A stretch of 64,000 bases of DNA from an uncultured Trueperaceae bacterium (GCA_963727505.1 CAVSGP010000004.1:608001-672000); one strand, 5' to 3'; positions 10,200 through 19,784 are shown, numbered from the stretch's first letter. The notes: a model not told the origin generated them from the letters alone. Numbers and translations: made by a program.

Positions 10200-12833
10200 A
10201 TGGCCCGGGACGACGAGGGCGGCGGGGAACAGCGCGGCCGCAGCGCGGCGCAGGACAGCATGTTCGCGGCCCCGGGCGCGGAAGCCGGCCCGACCTTGCG
10301 CAACGACGTTGGCGGGGCGGGAGCCGCCGGGTCCGGCGTTCCCGCTCCCGGCGAGCGGGTCGTGGTCATCGATGGGCACGGCCTCGCCTACCGCAGCTAC
10401 TTCGGCGTGGGCGATCTCTCCACGTCCAGGGGGCAACCGACGCAGGCTATCTACGGCTTCCTGCGGACGCTGCTCGCTCTGCTCAGGGAGGGCGACGCCG
10501 TCGTGGTCGTCACCTTCGATGCCCCCGCCCCCACCTTCCGGCACGAGCGCTTCGAGGATTACAAGGCGGGACGCGCGCCCACACCGGAGGATCTGCCCTC
10601 GCAGATCGCCGTGATCAAGCACCTCCTCGACCTGATGGGGGTTCCCAGGCAGGAGGTTCCCGGGCTCGAGGCCGACGACCTCATCGGCACCATCGCCGTG
10701 CGCTGCGCCGCGCAGGGCTACCGGGTCGAAGTAATCACCAGCGATCGCGACGCCCTGCAGCTCGTCAGCGAGCGCGTGCGGGTGCGCAGCCCGGATCGCC
10801 CCGACGCGCTGGGGGCCGAGCAGGTGGAGGCGCGCTACGGCGTAACGCCCGCTCAGTGGGTCGACTATCGCGCGCTCACCGGCGACAGCAGCGACAACCT
10901 GCCGGGCGTACGAGGGATCGGCCCGGTGGCCGCGCGCACGCTGCTGCAACGCTACGGATCGCTCGACCGCGTCCTCGCGGACCTCGACGCCGTCGAACCC
11001 GCCTCCTACGCCCGCAAGATCGCGGCCGATCGCGACGCTCTGACGCTGTCGCGCGAGCTCTCCCGCATCCGCACCGACGTCGACATGGCGGTGGACCCCG
11101 AGGCCTGGGCGCGCCGCGTACCGGACCGAGAAGCGCTCACCGCGCTGTTGCGAGAGCTGGAGTTCGGCTCCGTGCTCCACGAGCTCGGCCTGGAGCAACG
11201 GACCGAGTACCGCAGCGTCACGTGGGAGGAGCTGGCGCCCGACGGAGCGATCGGATTCGTGCTGGACGGCGAACGCGCCACCTCGGCGCGGGTCCTCGAG
11301 CTGGCGCTCGCCCGCGGGGGCCGCGTGGCATGCGCCGCCGACCGGGCCGAGCGCGCCGAGGCGCTGGGGCGCTCGACGCCTCTGGATGCCTGCGACGCCA
11401 AGGCGCTGACGGTGGCGACCCGGCGGCAAGGGCTCCCGGCGAGACCCGGCGACGATCCGCTGCTCATGGCCTACCTGCTGGACCCGAGCGGAGCCTCCCC
11501 CGAGCGCCTGGCGCGCCGCCACGGCGCGGGCACCTGGGGGGCCGACGCCCGCAGTCGCGCCGTGACCACCGCCGAGCTGCTGCGCATCCTGGGCCCGCGC
11601 CTGGAGGGCGACCAGCGCACCGTCTACGACGAGCTGGAGCGCCCCCTCCAGGCCGTGCTGGCGGAGATGGAGCTCGCCGGCGTGCGTCTCGACGTGGGTC
11701 GCCTGCGGCGCCAGTCCGAAGCGCTGGCCGAGCGCATCGAACGCATCGAAGGGCGCATCCGGACGCTGGCCGAGCAACCCGACTTCAACGTGAACTCCCG
11801 CGACCAGGTCGCCTGGCTGCTCTACGGGAAGCTGGGTCTGCGCGCGGGCCGACGCACCGCCACCGGCAAGCGCAGCACGGCGCTCTCGGCGCTCGAGCCG
11901 TTGCAGGGCGAGCACGAGGCCGTCGATCTGATCCTCGAACACCGGGAGCTCAGCAAGCTCAAGAGCACCTACCTCGACCCCCTGCCGGAGCTCGTCGACC
12001 CCGTCACCGGCCGGCTCCACACCACCTTCAACCAGGCCGTGGTGGCGACGGGGCGCCTCTCCTCGACCCACCCCAACCTCCAGAACATCCCGGTCCGCAG
12101 CGAGCTCGGCCGCGAGATCCGACGCGCCTTCATCGCCGCCGAGGGGGCGCGGATCCTGGTCGCGGACTACAGCCAGATCGAGCTGCGGGTGCTGGCCCAT
12201 ATCGCCGATGAACCCGTCCTGATCGACGCTTTCAACCGCGGCGAGGACGTCCACCGGCGGACGGCAGCGGAGGTGTACGGCGTCGACGCGCCGCAGGTCA
12301 GCGCCGAGATGCGCAGGCGCGCGAAGGTCGTGAACTTCGGCATCCTCTACGGCATGGGGCCGCGCCGTCTCAGCACCGATCTGGACATAAGCCTGCGGGA
12401 AGCGGAACGTACCATCACCACCTACTTCGAGCGCTACCCACGGGTACGCGCCTACATCGACGCCACCCTGGACTACTGTCGCGAGCACGGGTACGTCACC
12501 ACGCTGCTGGGCCGGCGTCGCATGATCCCCGACATCCACAGCCCGAACCGAAGCGCCCGCGAGTACGCCGAACGCACCGCGTACAACATGCCCATCCAGG
12601 GAACGGCGGCAGACATCATGAAGCGGGCGATGCTGAACCTGGCGCCGGCGTTGCAGTCGCTAGGTGGTCGCCTGCTGCTGCAGGTCCATGACGAGATCGT
12701 GGCGGAGGTCCCGGTCGACGCCGCCGCGGCCGCCGTCGCGGCCGTGCGCGAGGCGATGGCGGCCGCTGCCAGCTTGCGGGTCCCGCTAGTGGCCGAGGTG
12801 GGTGTGGGACCCAACTGGCTGGAGGCGAAGTAG
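10200..12833 (+). CDS. polA: DNA polymerase I (Taq-like)
   Basis: 5'-nuclease IDGH and EADD; TGRLSS..PNLQNIP, DYSQIELR and QVHDE; TATGCT-N6-ATG. Confidence 0.97.
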   Translation: MARDDEGGGEQRGRSAAQDSMFAAPGAEAGPTLRNDVGGAGAAGSGVPAPGERVVVIDGHGLAYRSYFGVGDLSTSRGQPTQAIYGFLRTLLALLREGDAVVVVTFDAPAPTFRHERFEDYKAGRAPTPEDLPSQIAVIKHLLDLMGVPRQEVPGLEADDLIGTIAVRCAAQGYRVEVITSDRDALQLVSERVRVRSPDRPDALGAEQVEARYGVTPAQWVDYRALTGDSSDNLPGVRGIGPVAARTLLQRYGSLDRVLADLDAVEPASYARKIAADRDALTLSRELSRIRTDVDMAVDPEAWARRVPDREALTALLRELEFGSVLHELGLEQRTEYRSVTWEELAPDGAIGFVLDGERATSARVLELALARGGRVACAADRAERAEALGRSTPLDACDAKALTVATRRQGLPARPGDDPLLMAYLLDPSGASPERLARRHGAGTWGADARSRAVTTAELLRILGPRLEGDQRTVYDELERPLQAVLAEMELAGVRLDVGRLRRQSEALAERIERIEGRIRTLAEQPDFNVNSRDQVAWLLYGKLGLRAGRRTATGKRSTALSALEPLQGEHEAVDLILEHRELSKLKSTYLDPLPELVDPVTGRLHTTFNQAVVATGRLSSTHPNLQNIPVRSELGREIRRAFIAAEGARILVADYSQIELRVLAHIADEPVLIDAFNRGEDVHRRTAAEVYGVDAPQVSAEMRRRAKVVNFGILYGMGPRRLSTDLDISLREAERTITTYFERYPRVRAYIDATLDYCREHGYVTTLLGRRRMIPDIHSPNRSAREYAERTAYNMPIQGTAADIMKRAMLNLAPALQSLGGRLLLQVHDEIVAEVPVDAAAAAVAAVREAMAAAASLRVPLVAEVGVGPNWLEAK

Positions 12834-12952
12834 GCACACGGGCGAACGAGCCGGTGACGGCCGAGCCATCGCGCCGATCGAGCGGCACCTGGACGCTGGT
12901 GGGCCTCCCCGGGAGCCCCGCGCCGACGCGCGCCCGGGCTAGAATGGCTCTC

Positions 12953-14290
12953 ATGGCAGACAGGCGATACTTCGGCACCGACGGCATTCGAGGGGTCGCC
13001 GGCGAGTCCCCCATGACGGGAGCGTTCGCCTTCAGGCTCGGTGTCGCAGCCGCGGAGGGGTTACGGCGCCGCGGCGCCGCACGCCCGCATGTGGTGGTGG
13101 GCATGGACACGCGGCTCTCGGGACCGATGCTGGCCCATGCGGTGTCGGCGGGACTGGCATCCCGCGGCGCCGACGTCACCTGGCTCGGCGTGATGCCCAC
13201 GCCCGGCGTCTCCTACCTGGCGCGGACGCTGGAGGCGGACGCGGGCGTGGTCGTGAGCGCCAGCCACAACCCCTTCGGGGACAACGGCTTGAAGCTCTTC
13301 AATGGCGCCGGGGAGAAGCTGTCCGACGCCCTCGAGGAGGAGATCGAGTCTCTGATGGAACAGGATGTGGACGGCCTCGAGCCCGTGACGGGGAACGCCG
13401 TCGGCTCCGCAACGCGCTACCGCACGAGCGAGGGCCACTACCTGCAGCACCTGCTGGCCAACGCGCCCTACCTGGACGGCATGCGGGTGGCGCTCGACTG
13501 CGCCAACGGCGCGAGCCATGTGATCGCCCCCACGGTCTTCGAGAAGATCGGCGCCAGGCTCGACCTCACCCACGCCCGGCCGGACGGGGAGAACATCAAC
13601 GTCGATTGCGGCAGCACCCATCCCGACGCCATCCGTGAACGGGTGCTGGCGCACGAGCTGGACGTCGGCGTGACCTTCGACGGCGATGCCGACCGGGCCC
13701 TGCTCGTCGACCGGCGCGGCCGCCTCGTGACCGGCGACCACATCCTGGCGATCTGCGCGCTGACCGCCGGCGATACCGAGGTGGTGGCCACGCTGATGAG
13801 CAATCTGGGTGTGGAGCGCTACCTGCAGGGGCGGGGCGTGCAGATGCACCGCGTCCAGGTGGGCGATCGCTACGTCCATGAGGAGCTGACGCGGCGTGGG
13901 TTGCGCCTCGGTGGGGAGCAGTCGGGCCACGTCCTGTTCCTCGACAAGGCGCCCACCGGGGACGGCATCCTCACGGCGCTGCAGCTCCTGGCCGCCGTGC
14001 GCAAGTCGGGCCGGCCGCTGGAGGCGTGGATGGACGAGATCCCCGTCTACCCGCAGAAGCTGGTGAACGTCCGGGTGCCGACATCGGCAAAGGCGGCCGT
14101 CCTTCATTCGACCCCGGTCCGGGACGCGTTGGAAGCGGCGCGCGCCCGGCTGGGCGACGCCGGACGCATCAACCTCCGGCCGAGCGGCACGGAGCCGCTG
14201 GTGCGCGTCATGGTCGAGGCCGAGGACGAGGCGCTGGTGGAACGGCTCGCGCACGAGGTCGCTGCGTCCGTCGAGGCGGCAGCGGGCTGA
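12953..14290 (+). CDS. glmM: Phosphoglucosamine mutase
   Basis: YFGTDGIRG, SASHNP, FDGDADR, GGEQSGH and RPSGTEP motifs; TAGAAT-N7-ATG. Confidence 0.95.
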   Translation: MADRRYFGTDGIRGVAGESPMTGAFAFRLGVAAAEGLRRRGAARPHVVVGMDTRLSGPMLAHAVSAGLASRGADVTWLGVMPTPGVSYLARTLEADAGVVVSASHNPFGDNGLKLFNGAGEKLSDALEEEIESLMEQDVDGLEPVTGNAVGSATRYRTSEGHYLQHLLANAPYLDGMRVALDCANGASHVIAPTVFEKIGARLDLTHARPDGENINVDCGSTHPDAIRERVLAHELDVGVTFDGDADRALLVDRRGRLVTGDHILAICALTAGDTEVVATLMSNLGVERYLQGRGVQMHRVQVGDRYVHEELTRRGLRLGGEQSGHVLFLDKAPTGDGILTALQLLAAVRKSGRPLEAWMDEIPVYPQKLVNVRVPTSAKAAVLHSTPVRDALEAARARLGDAGRINLRPSGTEPLVRVMVEAEDEALVERLAHEVAASVEAAAG

Positions 14291-14350
14291 GCCCTGCCCG
14301 ATGGGCGCTGCCGGCCGGCATGCGCGCCGCGCGCCGAGTATAGTGCCTGC

Positions 14351-14554
14351 ATGAGCGAACGACCGGGCGGCACCGATTGGACCACCCTCAGCGGCTACGC
14401 CCTGGGCTTCGGCATCTGCTCCGTGGCGTCGTTGGGTGTGTGGCTCCAGTACTCGACCCAGACCTTCACCGCCTGGACGGGCGGGGCGCTCAGCCTGGTC
14501 ATCGGGCTGGTCGTGGGCGGCGGCTGGTACCTGCTACACCTCCGTGACACCTGA
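14351..14554 (+). CDS. Small membrane protein (2 TM)
   Basis: TATAGT-N6-ATG; two hydrophobic segments. Confidence 0.65.
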   Translation: MSERPGGTDWTTLSGYALGFGICSVASLGVWLQYSTQTFTAWTGGALSLVIGLVVGGGWYLLHLRDT

Positions 14555-14580
14555 CCCGACGGTTCCTCCCGACGGTTCCT
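14555..14580. repeat. 13-bp tandem duplication (cccgacggttcct x2)
   Basis: Read directly; between convergent genes. Confidence 0.8.
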
Positions 14581-14602
14581 TCCGGCGAAGTGCCGCCGGC
14601 CG

Positions 14603-15550
14603 TCAGCGCGACGGGCGGGCGTGGCAGGCGGTCGACCCGCTGTCGTGGAAGCTTGCGCCAGCTGCGGGCCGGAAGGCCCAATCGTAGGCGTCCTTCCCGA
14701 GCGTCAGCTCGAGCACCCCGAACGTCCCCACCTTGAGCGCCTGGCTGTGCGCCCGCCGCCACAGCACCACGTACTGCGGCGCGCCACCGGTGCCCACCAC
14801 GAACTCACGGATGCCGTGGGCGGGGTCCAGCCGCCCACGGGCGTCCTGCAGCGCGAACCGCTCGTAGTCGTGATCGTGACCCGACAGCACGATGTCCACG
14901 CCGCCCGCTTGCAGCGCCGTCCAGAAGGGCGCCATGCGCTCGTCGTTGCCGTGGGGGCCCGAGCTGAAGCGCGGATGGTGGAAGAAGGCCAGCGTGCACA
15001 GGCTGGGATGCGCCTTCAGATCGGCGGCGATCCAGCGCACCTCGGGTGAGTCCGAGCCGCATCCGCCCACCGCGGGGCAGTTCGAGTTGAGCGCGAGGAC
15101 GTGCCAGGCGCCCAGGTCGAAGCTGTAGTAACCCTTCGACGGATCGCCGGCACGCGCGCCCCAGTACGCGAAGTAGCCGTCCGCGCCCCGGTAGTACTCG
15201 TGGTTGCCCGGCACCGGGTAGGTGATGGCCTTGAAGCGGCCCCAGCTGCGCTCGTACGCGGCCCGGAACGACGCCAGGGAGCCGAAGGGGTACTGCAGAT
15301 CCCCGACGGCCAGCACGGCATCGGGATGGAGGCTCGCCGTCAGGTCGGCAGTGGCCTGCTGCTGGCACGCCCGCGGGCCCGGAGCGGCGCCCGGCTCGCA
15401 CGCGATGTCCCCTACCGCCACAACGGTGACGGAGGCCGTACCCGGCTGCGCGCGCGCGGATCCGGTGAGGAAGTAGGCAGCGACGAGAGCCGCCGCCAGC
15501 AGCATGGGCGCCAGCACACGTCGCCGAGCCGGGAGGGTGTCACGCGTCAT
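14603..15550 (-). CDS. Secreted calcineurin-like metallophosphoesterase
   Basis: GDIA, GDLQY, GNHEY, HHP and GHDH motifs; signal peptide; TAGCGT-N7-ATG. Confidence 0.88.
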   Translation of the reverse strand: MTRDTLPARRRVLAPMLLAAALVAAYFLTGSARAQPGTASVTVVAVGDIACEPGAAPGPRACQQQATADLTASLHPDAVLAVGDLQYPFGSLASFRAAYERSWGRFKAITYPVPGNHEYYRGADGYFAYWGARAGDPSKGYYSFDLGAWHVLALNSNCPAVGGCGSDSPEVRWIAADLKAHPSLCTLAFFHHPRFSSGPHGNDERMAPFWTALQAGGVDIVLSGHDHDYERFALQDARGRLDPAHGIREFVVGTGGAPQYVVLWRRAHSQALKVGTFGVLELTLGKDAYDWAFRPAAGASFHDSGSTACHARPSR

Positions 15551-15621
15551 GGTCGCCACGCTACCGGGCCCGTCCGCCGGCCGGGTGAGAGACACCCGGC
15601 ACCGACGTTTAGCATGGGTGC

Positions 15622-16230
15622 ATGATCGATATCACGCGCGAGCTCTCCGAGGGACACCCAGTGTGGCCGGGCGACAGCGCCTTCCGCCTCGAGCAGGTCA
15701 GCAGCATCGACGAGGGGAGCGCCGTCAACGTCATGCGCCTGAGCACCACCACCCACCTGGGCACGCACCTCGACGCGCCCTGGCACTACGCGCGCACCGG
15801 CGCCACGCTCGTTGCGGTCGGGCTCGAGACCCTGGTGGGCGAGGCGCTGGTGATCGACGCGCGCGGCGAGGGCGAGGTACGGGCCAGCGTGCTGCCAGAC
15901 GCGCCGCTGCCCCCACGGGTGCTCCTGCGGACCGGGCAGCCCGAGCGCTGGGAGGGGTTCCCGACCTTCCGGCCGCTGCTCCCTGAGCTCATCGAAGCGC
16001 TCGGACGGAAGGGCGTTCGCCTGCTCGGCACGGACGCGCCCAGCGTCGACGCGCTGGACAGCAAGGATTTGCCCGCGCACCAGGCGTGCTTCCGGAACGA
16101 CATCGCCATCGTGGAGGGGTTGGAGCTCAGCCGCGTGGAGCCGGGCCGCTACCGACTCATCTGCCTGCCGCTGCGCATGCCGCACGCCGACGCCTCTCCC
16201 GTAAGGGCGGTGCTCGAGCCGCTCGTCTGA
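15622..16230 (+). CDS. kynB: Cyclase family / kynurenine formamidase-like
   Basis: HLGTHLDAPWH, GTDAPSVD, IVEGL and DASPVRA motifs. Confidence 0.75.
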   Translation: MIDITRELSEGHPVWPGDSAFRLEQVSSIDEGSAVNVMRLSTTTHLGTHLDAPWHYARTGATLVAVGLETLVGEALVIDARGEGEVRASVLPDAPLPPRVLLRTGQPERWEGFPTFRPLLPELIEALGRKGVRLLGTDAPSVDALDSKDLPAHQACFRNDIAIVEGLELSRVEPGRYRLICLPLRMPHADASPVRAVLEPLV

Positions 16231-16244
16231 CGCCCGGCACGACA

Positions 16245-16278
16245 GCGCGGGCGGGCACCCGGAGGCGCCCGCCCGCGC
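16245..16278. terminator. 12-bp GC stem-loop between convergent genes
   Basis: gcgcgggcgggc / gcccgcccgcgc inverted repeat; no U-tract. Confidence 0.5.
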
Positions 16279-16319
16279 TCGATCCGCGCCGCATCAGCGG
16301 CGACGGACGTGTCGGAAGA

Positions 16320-16829
16320 TCAGCGCACGACGAGATAACCCGCCATGTAGCCGTCCTGGCTCGGGCCGTCGAAGCCCTTGCTCATGCCCCAGTGGGTCGG
16401 GCCGTCGCACGGGAGGGCGCAGTACCAGCGGTAGTAGCCGACCTTGGCGGGCGCAGTGAAGGTGAAGGTGGTCTTGCCGGGCGTGAAGCCGGTCTCCTTG
16501 CCGCTAGCGTCCTTGGTGAAGGTTCCGCCCTTGGCGACGAGGTTCATGTTGATCTCGGGGGCCGTGATGCTGTGGTCGCCGTCATCGTAGTTGATGACGG
16601 TCAGAGTGACCTGCTGGCCGGGTTCCACGACCATGTCCGAGGGCATGAACGCGTCGTGGTTGGTGCCGTCGGGGCCGGGCTTGCCGAGCACGCCTGCCAC
16701 GCTGTTGCTGTGCATGATGACCATGGTCAGGCTCACGGGGGCCGGCGTGCTCGCCGCCAGTGCCGGCATCAACGCCATGAGGCCGAAGGTCGCTGCGATC
16801 AGGACTGCACCCTTGCGAACGCTATGCAT
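16320..16829 (-). CDS. Secreted cupredoxin with a CuA-like motif
   Basis: Signal peptide; V.PGQQVTLTVIN.D...HS; GYYRWYCALPCDGPTHWGM; GAGGAG RBS. Confidence 0.8.
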   Translation of the reverse strand: MHSVRKGAVLIAATFGLMALMPALAASTPAPVSLTMVIMHSNSVAGVLGKPGPDGTNHDAFMPSDMVVEPGQQVTLTVINYDDGDHSITAPEINMNLVAKGGTFTKDASGKETGFTPGKTTFTFTAPAKVGYYRWYCALPCDGPTHWGMSKGFDGPSQDGYMAGYLVVR

Positions 16830-17030
16830 GATGGACTCTCCTCTTCTGAACTCGCTTCGGAGTTCGCGGTGGCCGCGCTCGGCCAACGAGCGCCATGGTC
16901 GCTCCGACATCTCTCCGCCGAACAGGGACATTCGCCCCGTTCAGGACATATGTCCCGAGTTGCGTTCGGCCTGCCTTGGCGGCCGGAGGGCGCTCATGGC
17001 TCACACCTTGCCGGCGGTAGTCTGACCCCC

Positions 17031-17741
17031 GTGAACGGCACGCGTACCTGGCGCTATCTGTCGCTCGGCGGGGCGGTGGGGCTGCTCTGCGGCCTCGCGC
17101 TGTTCCTCTGGCCCGGCCCCGTTGCGAGGGTGGCGGGGGCTCCCGCACCGCTGCCGAAGCTCTTCCGAGCGCCGAGCTACGCGCTGACGGACCAGCTCGA
17201 CCGGAAGGTGCAATCCCGCGACTTCCTCGGCAAAGTGCGCATCGTCGTGACCATGGACCCGTACTGCACCACACTCTGCCCGCTCACGGCCTCGAAGGTG
17301 CTGAACCTGGAGCAGGTCCTGAAGCGCCGTCACCTGACCCGGGACGTGCAGATCGTGGCTTTCGACATCGACAAGGCAACGGGCCCCAAGGATCTGCGTG
17401 CGTTCCTCGACCAGGAGGGCGTGAATCCCGACGCGCACTGGCTGGCCTACCTCACCGGGCCCGCCAGGACCGTCCGAAGCGTGGTCCACGACGGCTACCA
17501 CAGCAGCTACTCCAGCGTGAGCAACGCGCAGGCCGAGAAGCTCGCCCCCAGCGCGTTCCAGGCGCGCATGAGCAATCCGGTGGCCGAGCAGGCGAGCGCA
17601 CCGTTCGCGGTCATGCACCAGAGCCCGCTGTTCGTCGTCGATCGCAAGGGCTGGGTGCGGGCCGCCTTCGGCGACGCCAGCACGACGCCGACCGCGGAGA
17701 TCGCGGGGGACGTGGCGCGGCTGGCGGGGACCGGCGGATGA
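17031..17741 (+). CDS. SCO family copper chaperone (CxxxC and His present)
   Basis: N-terminal TM; LTDQ..R, CTTLCP and VMHQSPLFVVDRKG; TAGTCT-N7-GTG. Confidence 0.85.
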   Translation: MNGTRTWRYLSLGGAVGLLCGLALFLWPGPVARVAGAPAPLPKLFRAPSYALTDQLDRKVQSRDFLGKVRIVVTMDPYCTTLCPLTASKVLNLEQVLKRRHLTRDVQIVAFDIDKATGPKDLRAFLDQEGVNPDAHWLAYLTGPARTVRSVVHDGYHSSYSSVSNAQAEKLAPSAFQARMSNPVAEQASAPFAVMHQSPLFVVDRKGWVRAAFGDASTTPTAEIAGDVARLAGTGG

Positions 17742-18526
17742 GCCCCGCTCCGCGCCCCTCCCGCCCCACCCGCGCGGCGCAGATCGCGGTCGGCCTGCTC
17801 GTGGGGTTGGCGCTGGCGTTCGCGGGGAGCGAGCTCTACCACAGCGCGTCGAGCCCGGCCGCGATCGCTGCCAGCCAGGCGGAGCATGGCTACGCCGTCC
17901 GCGACCTCGGCGCGGCTCCGAGCCTGCGGGGCTTCACCGACCAGCAGGGGCAGCCGTTCGACCCCAAGACCTTGCAGGGCAAGGTCCAGGTGGTCAGCTT
18001 CCTCGATCCTCGCGGCACACGCATCAGTCCCGTGATCGGCGTCAACCTCCTGATGGCGGTAAAGAACGATCTGAAGGCCACCGGAAGGTTCGGGAAGGAC
18101 GTCGTGTTCGTTTCGTTGAACGTCGACCCGCAGGCCAGCAACCCGGCGACCACCGCGAGCTTCCTGAAGCGCGTGGTCGGGTACGGGAAGGTCCCGGCCC
18201 CGGCGGCCCAGTGGCCGTTCTTGAGCGGCTCGGCCACCCGTGTCGCGCAGGTCGTGCGCGACGGCTACGGGGTGCCATACCGGCGCCTCGGCGGGGCAGC
18301 GCTGCGAAACGCCACCACGCAGCAGAAGGCCCAGGGCACGTACTTCTACGCCAGCGCCTGGAACCCCCTGGCCGAGAACGACCTGCCGACGGTGATCGGG
18401 AACGCGACCCTCGTCATCGTCGGGCCCCACGGGCGCATGCGAGCCCGCATCCCGCGCGCCTACCAGGTGTCGAGCGTGGCCGTCGAGCAGACGATCGACG
18501 CTGTGCTGGCGAAGAGCGGCCACTGA
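17738..18526 (+). CDS. SCO family paralogue lacking Cys and His ligands
   Basis: FTDQQGQPF..LQGKV, GTRISP in place of CxxxCP, VSLNVDP, and GNATLVIVGPHG; no Cys in the protein; ATGA overlap. Confidence 0.75.
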   Translation: MSPAPRPSRPTRAAQIAVGLLVGLALAFAGSELYHSASSPAAIAASQAEHGYAVRDLGAAPSLRGFTDQQGQPFDPKTLQGKVQVVSFLDPRGTRISPVIGVNLLMAVKNDLKATGRFGKDVVFVSLNVDPQASNPATTASFLKRVVGYGKVPAPAAQWPFLSGSATRVAQVVRDGYGVPYRRLGGAALRNATTQQKAQGTYFYASAWNPLAENDLPTVIGNATLVIVGPHGRMRARIPRAYQVSSVAVEQTIDAVLAKSGH

Positions 18527-18567
18527 CGCCGGGGATCACCCCCGCGGCGCACCCGGTAGCGCACCCG

Positions 18568-19182
18568 TCACCCTTCCATCCCCGTGGCTCGGGCCCTCAG
18601 CCGCGCGGCCAGCGCCTCGGCGAGATCCTGCGCCTGCGGATCGTCGCTGGCGCCGATGGCCACGAGGACCGTCCCGTCCGCTCTAGGGACCAGCGTCACG
18701 GTCACACGGGCCGTGTTCGTGCGGCAACGGTAATCGGCGAACCGGAACGGCACGTAGCCGCAGGTCCTGTAGCTCATCTCGGCCGACACGAAGGCACTGC
18801 TCGGATCGGCCTGCGTGATGATCCAGCCACCCATCGTCGCCGGGTACGGCTGCGTATCGATGGTGGCGACCGTGGCCGCGTAGGCGTCCGGAAGCGTGAG
18901 CGGCGTGATGGTCTGTCGGGGCTTGACGATCGCGGGAGCACAGCCGGAGAGCAGGATCAGGAGGATCGCGGCGCCCAGCCACATCCCCGTCCGTGCGGAG
19001 CTCCGCCGCGACCGGCCGCGTCGGACCGGGCCGCTTCGAACCGGCCCGATTCGGACCGGGCCGCCTCGCATCGAGTTGCGCTTCCTCGCGATCCGCTTGA
19101 TCGAGGGCCGTCTGATCGAGGGCCGTCTGATCGAGGTCCCCATGATCGAGGTCCCCTTCCCGTCGCTCGCTTGCCCTTCCAT
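18568..19182 (-). CDS. Putative lipoprotein with a basic pentapeptide-repeat N-terminus (start uncertain)
   Basis: Lipobox LLSGC after a hydrophobic stretch. Confidence 0.6.
   Translation of the reverse strand: MEGQASDGKGTSIMGTSIRRPSIRRPSIKRIARKRNSMRGGPVRIGPVRSGPVRRGRSRRSSARTGMWLGAAILLILLSGCAPAIVKPRQTITPLTLPDAYAATVATIDTQPYPATMGGWIITQADPSSAFVSAEMSYRTCGYVPFRFADYRCRTNTARVTVTLVPRADGTVLVAIGASDDPQAQDLAEALAARLRARATGMEG
19021..19157. repeat. Two blocks of 15-bp tandem repeats
   Basis: tgatcgagg(g/t)cc... x4 at 19098-19157; tcg(g/a)accgg(g/c)ccg.. x3 at 19021-19065. Confidence 0.8.
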
Positions 19183-19259
19183 GGTAGTTCCCATACCCCG
19201 CGTTCGGCGGTGTCGCGCAGGGTGGACGGCACCGTGTGAGTGGCGACCCGGGTCGCCAC

Positions 19260-19784
19260 TCACACGGCCCGGAACCCCAGCGAAGCGTTCAGGTCGAGGA
19301 TCGGGGTGTTGCCGACGTGGTTCCACGTCAGTACGGCGTCGACGCCATGCTCTTGCGCACGTCGTAGCGCCAGCACCTTCAGTGCGCGGGCCACGCCGCG
19401 CCGGCGGTACGCCCGGCGCACCACGCTGATGCCCATCTCCGCTTGCTCGGCGGTCCGAAGCTGCAGGTTCACCAGCCCGACCCAACGCTCGCCGTCCGCG
19501 GCCAGGAACTGCGCGTCGGCCCAGCGCCAGTAGAACGGCTCGAAGAGCTCTGCGGCGAAGCGCTCGAACGGCAGGAAGTCCGCGTCCCCGCCCGGATCAT
19601 CCACGACCCCGAGGCGCACCAGGTCGTAGACCTCGCGGCGTACCTGCGGGGTGGAGCCGGCGTCCAGGAGGGTGAACCTGCGCAGGCCGAGGCGCGCGAG
19701 GTCGCGTTCGGCCTCCCCTGCGGCCTCTACCCCGATCGGGGCGGTCTCGGGCCGCCACGCGAGCTTCGTCATCCCAGACGCCAT
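19260..19784 (-). CDS. GNAT N-acetyltransferase
   Basis: VRRAYRRRGVARALK and N..ILDLNASLGF motifs. Confidence 0.85.
   Translation of the reverse strand: MASGMTKLAWRPETAPIGVEAAGEAERDLARLGLRRFTLLDAGSTPQVRREVYDLVRLGVVDDPGGDADFLPFERFAAELFEPFYWRWADAQFLAADGERWVGLVNLQLRTAEQAEMGISVVRRAYRRRGVARALKVLALRRAQEHGVDAVLTWNHVGNTPILDLNASLGFRAV

Noticed and set aside
9468..12539. 1023-aa antisense ORF and the many other long overlapping ORFs in the track
   Set aside because: Shadow frames of real genes in very high-GC DNA; low-complexity R/G/A/P translations without motifs
10200..12833. PolA lacking 3'-5' exonuclease motifs
   Set aside because: Normal for Taq-like polymerases
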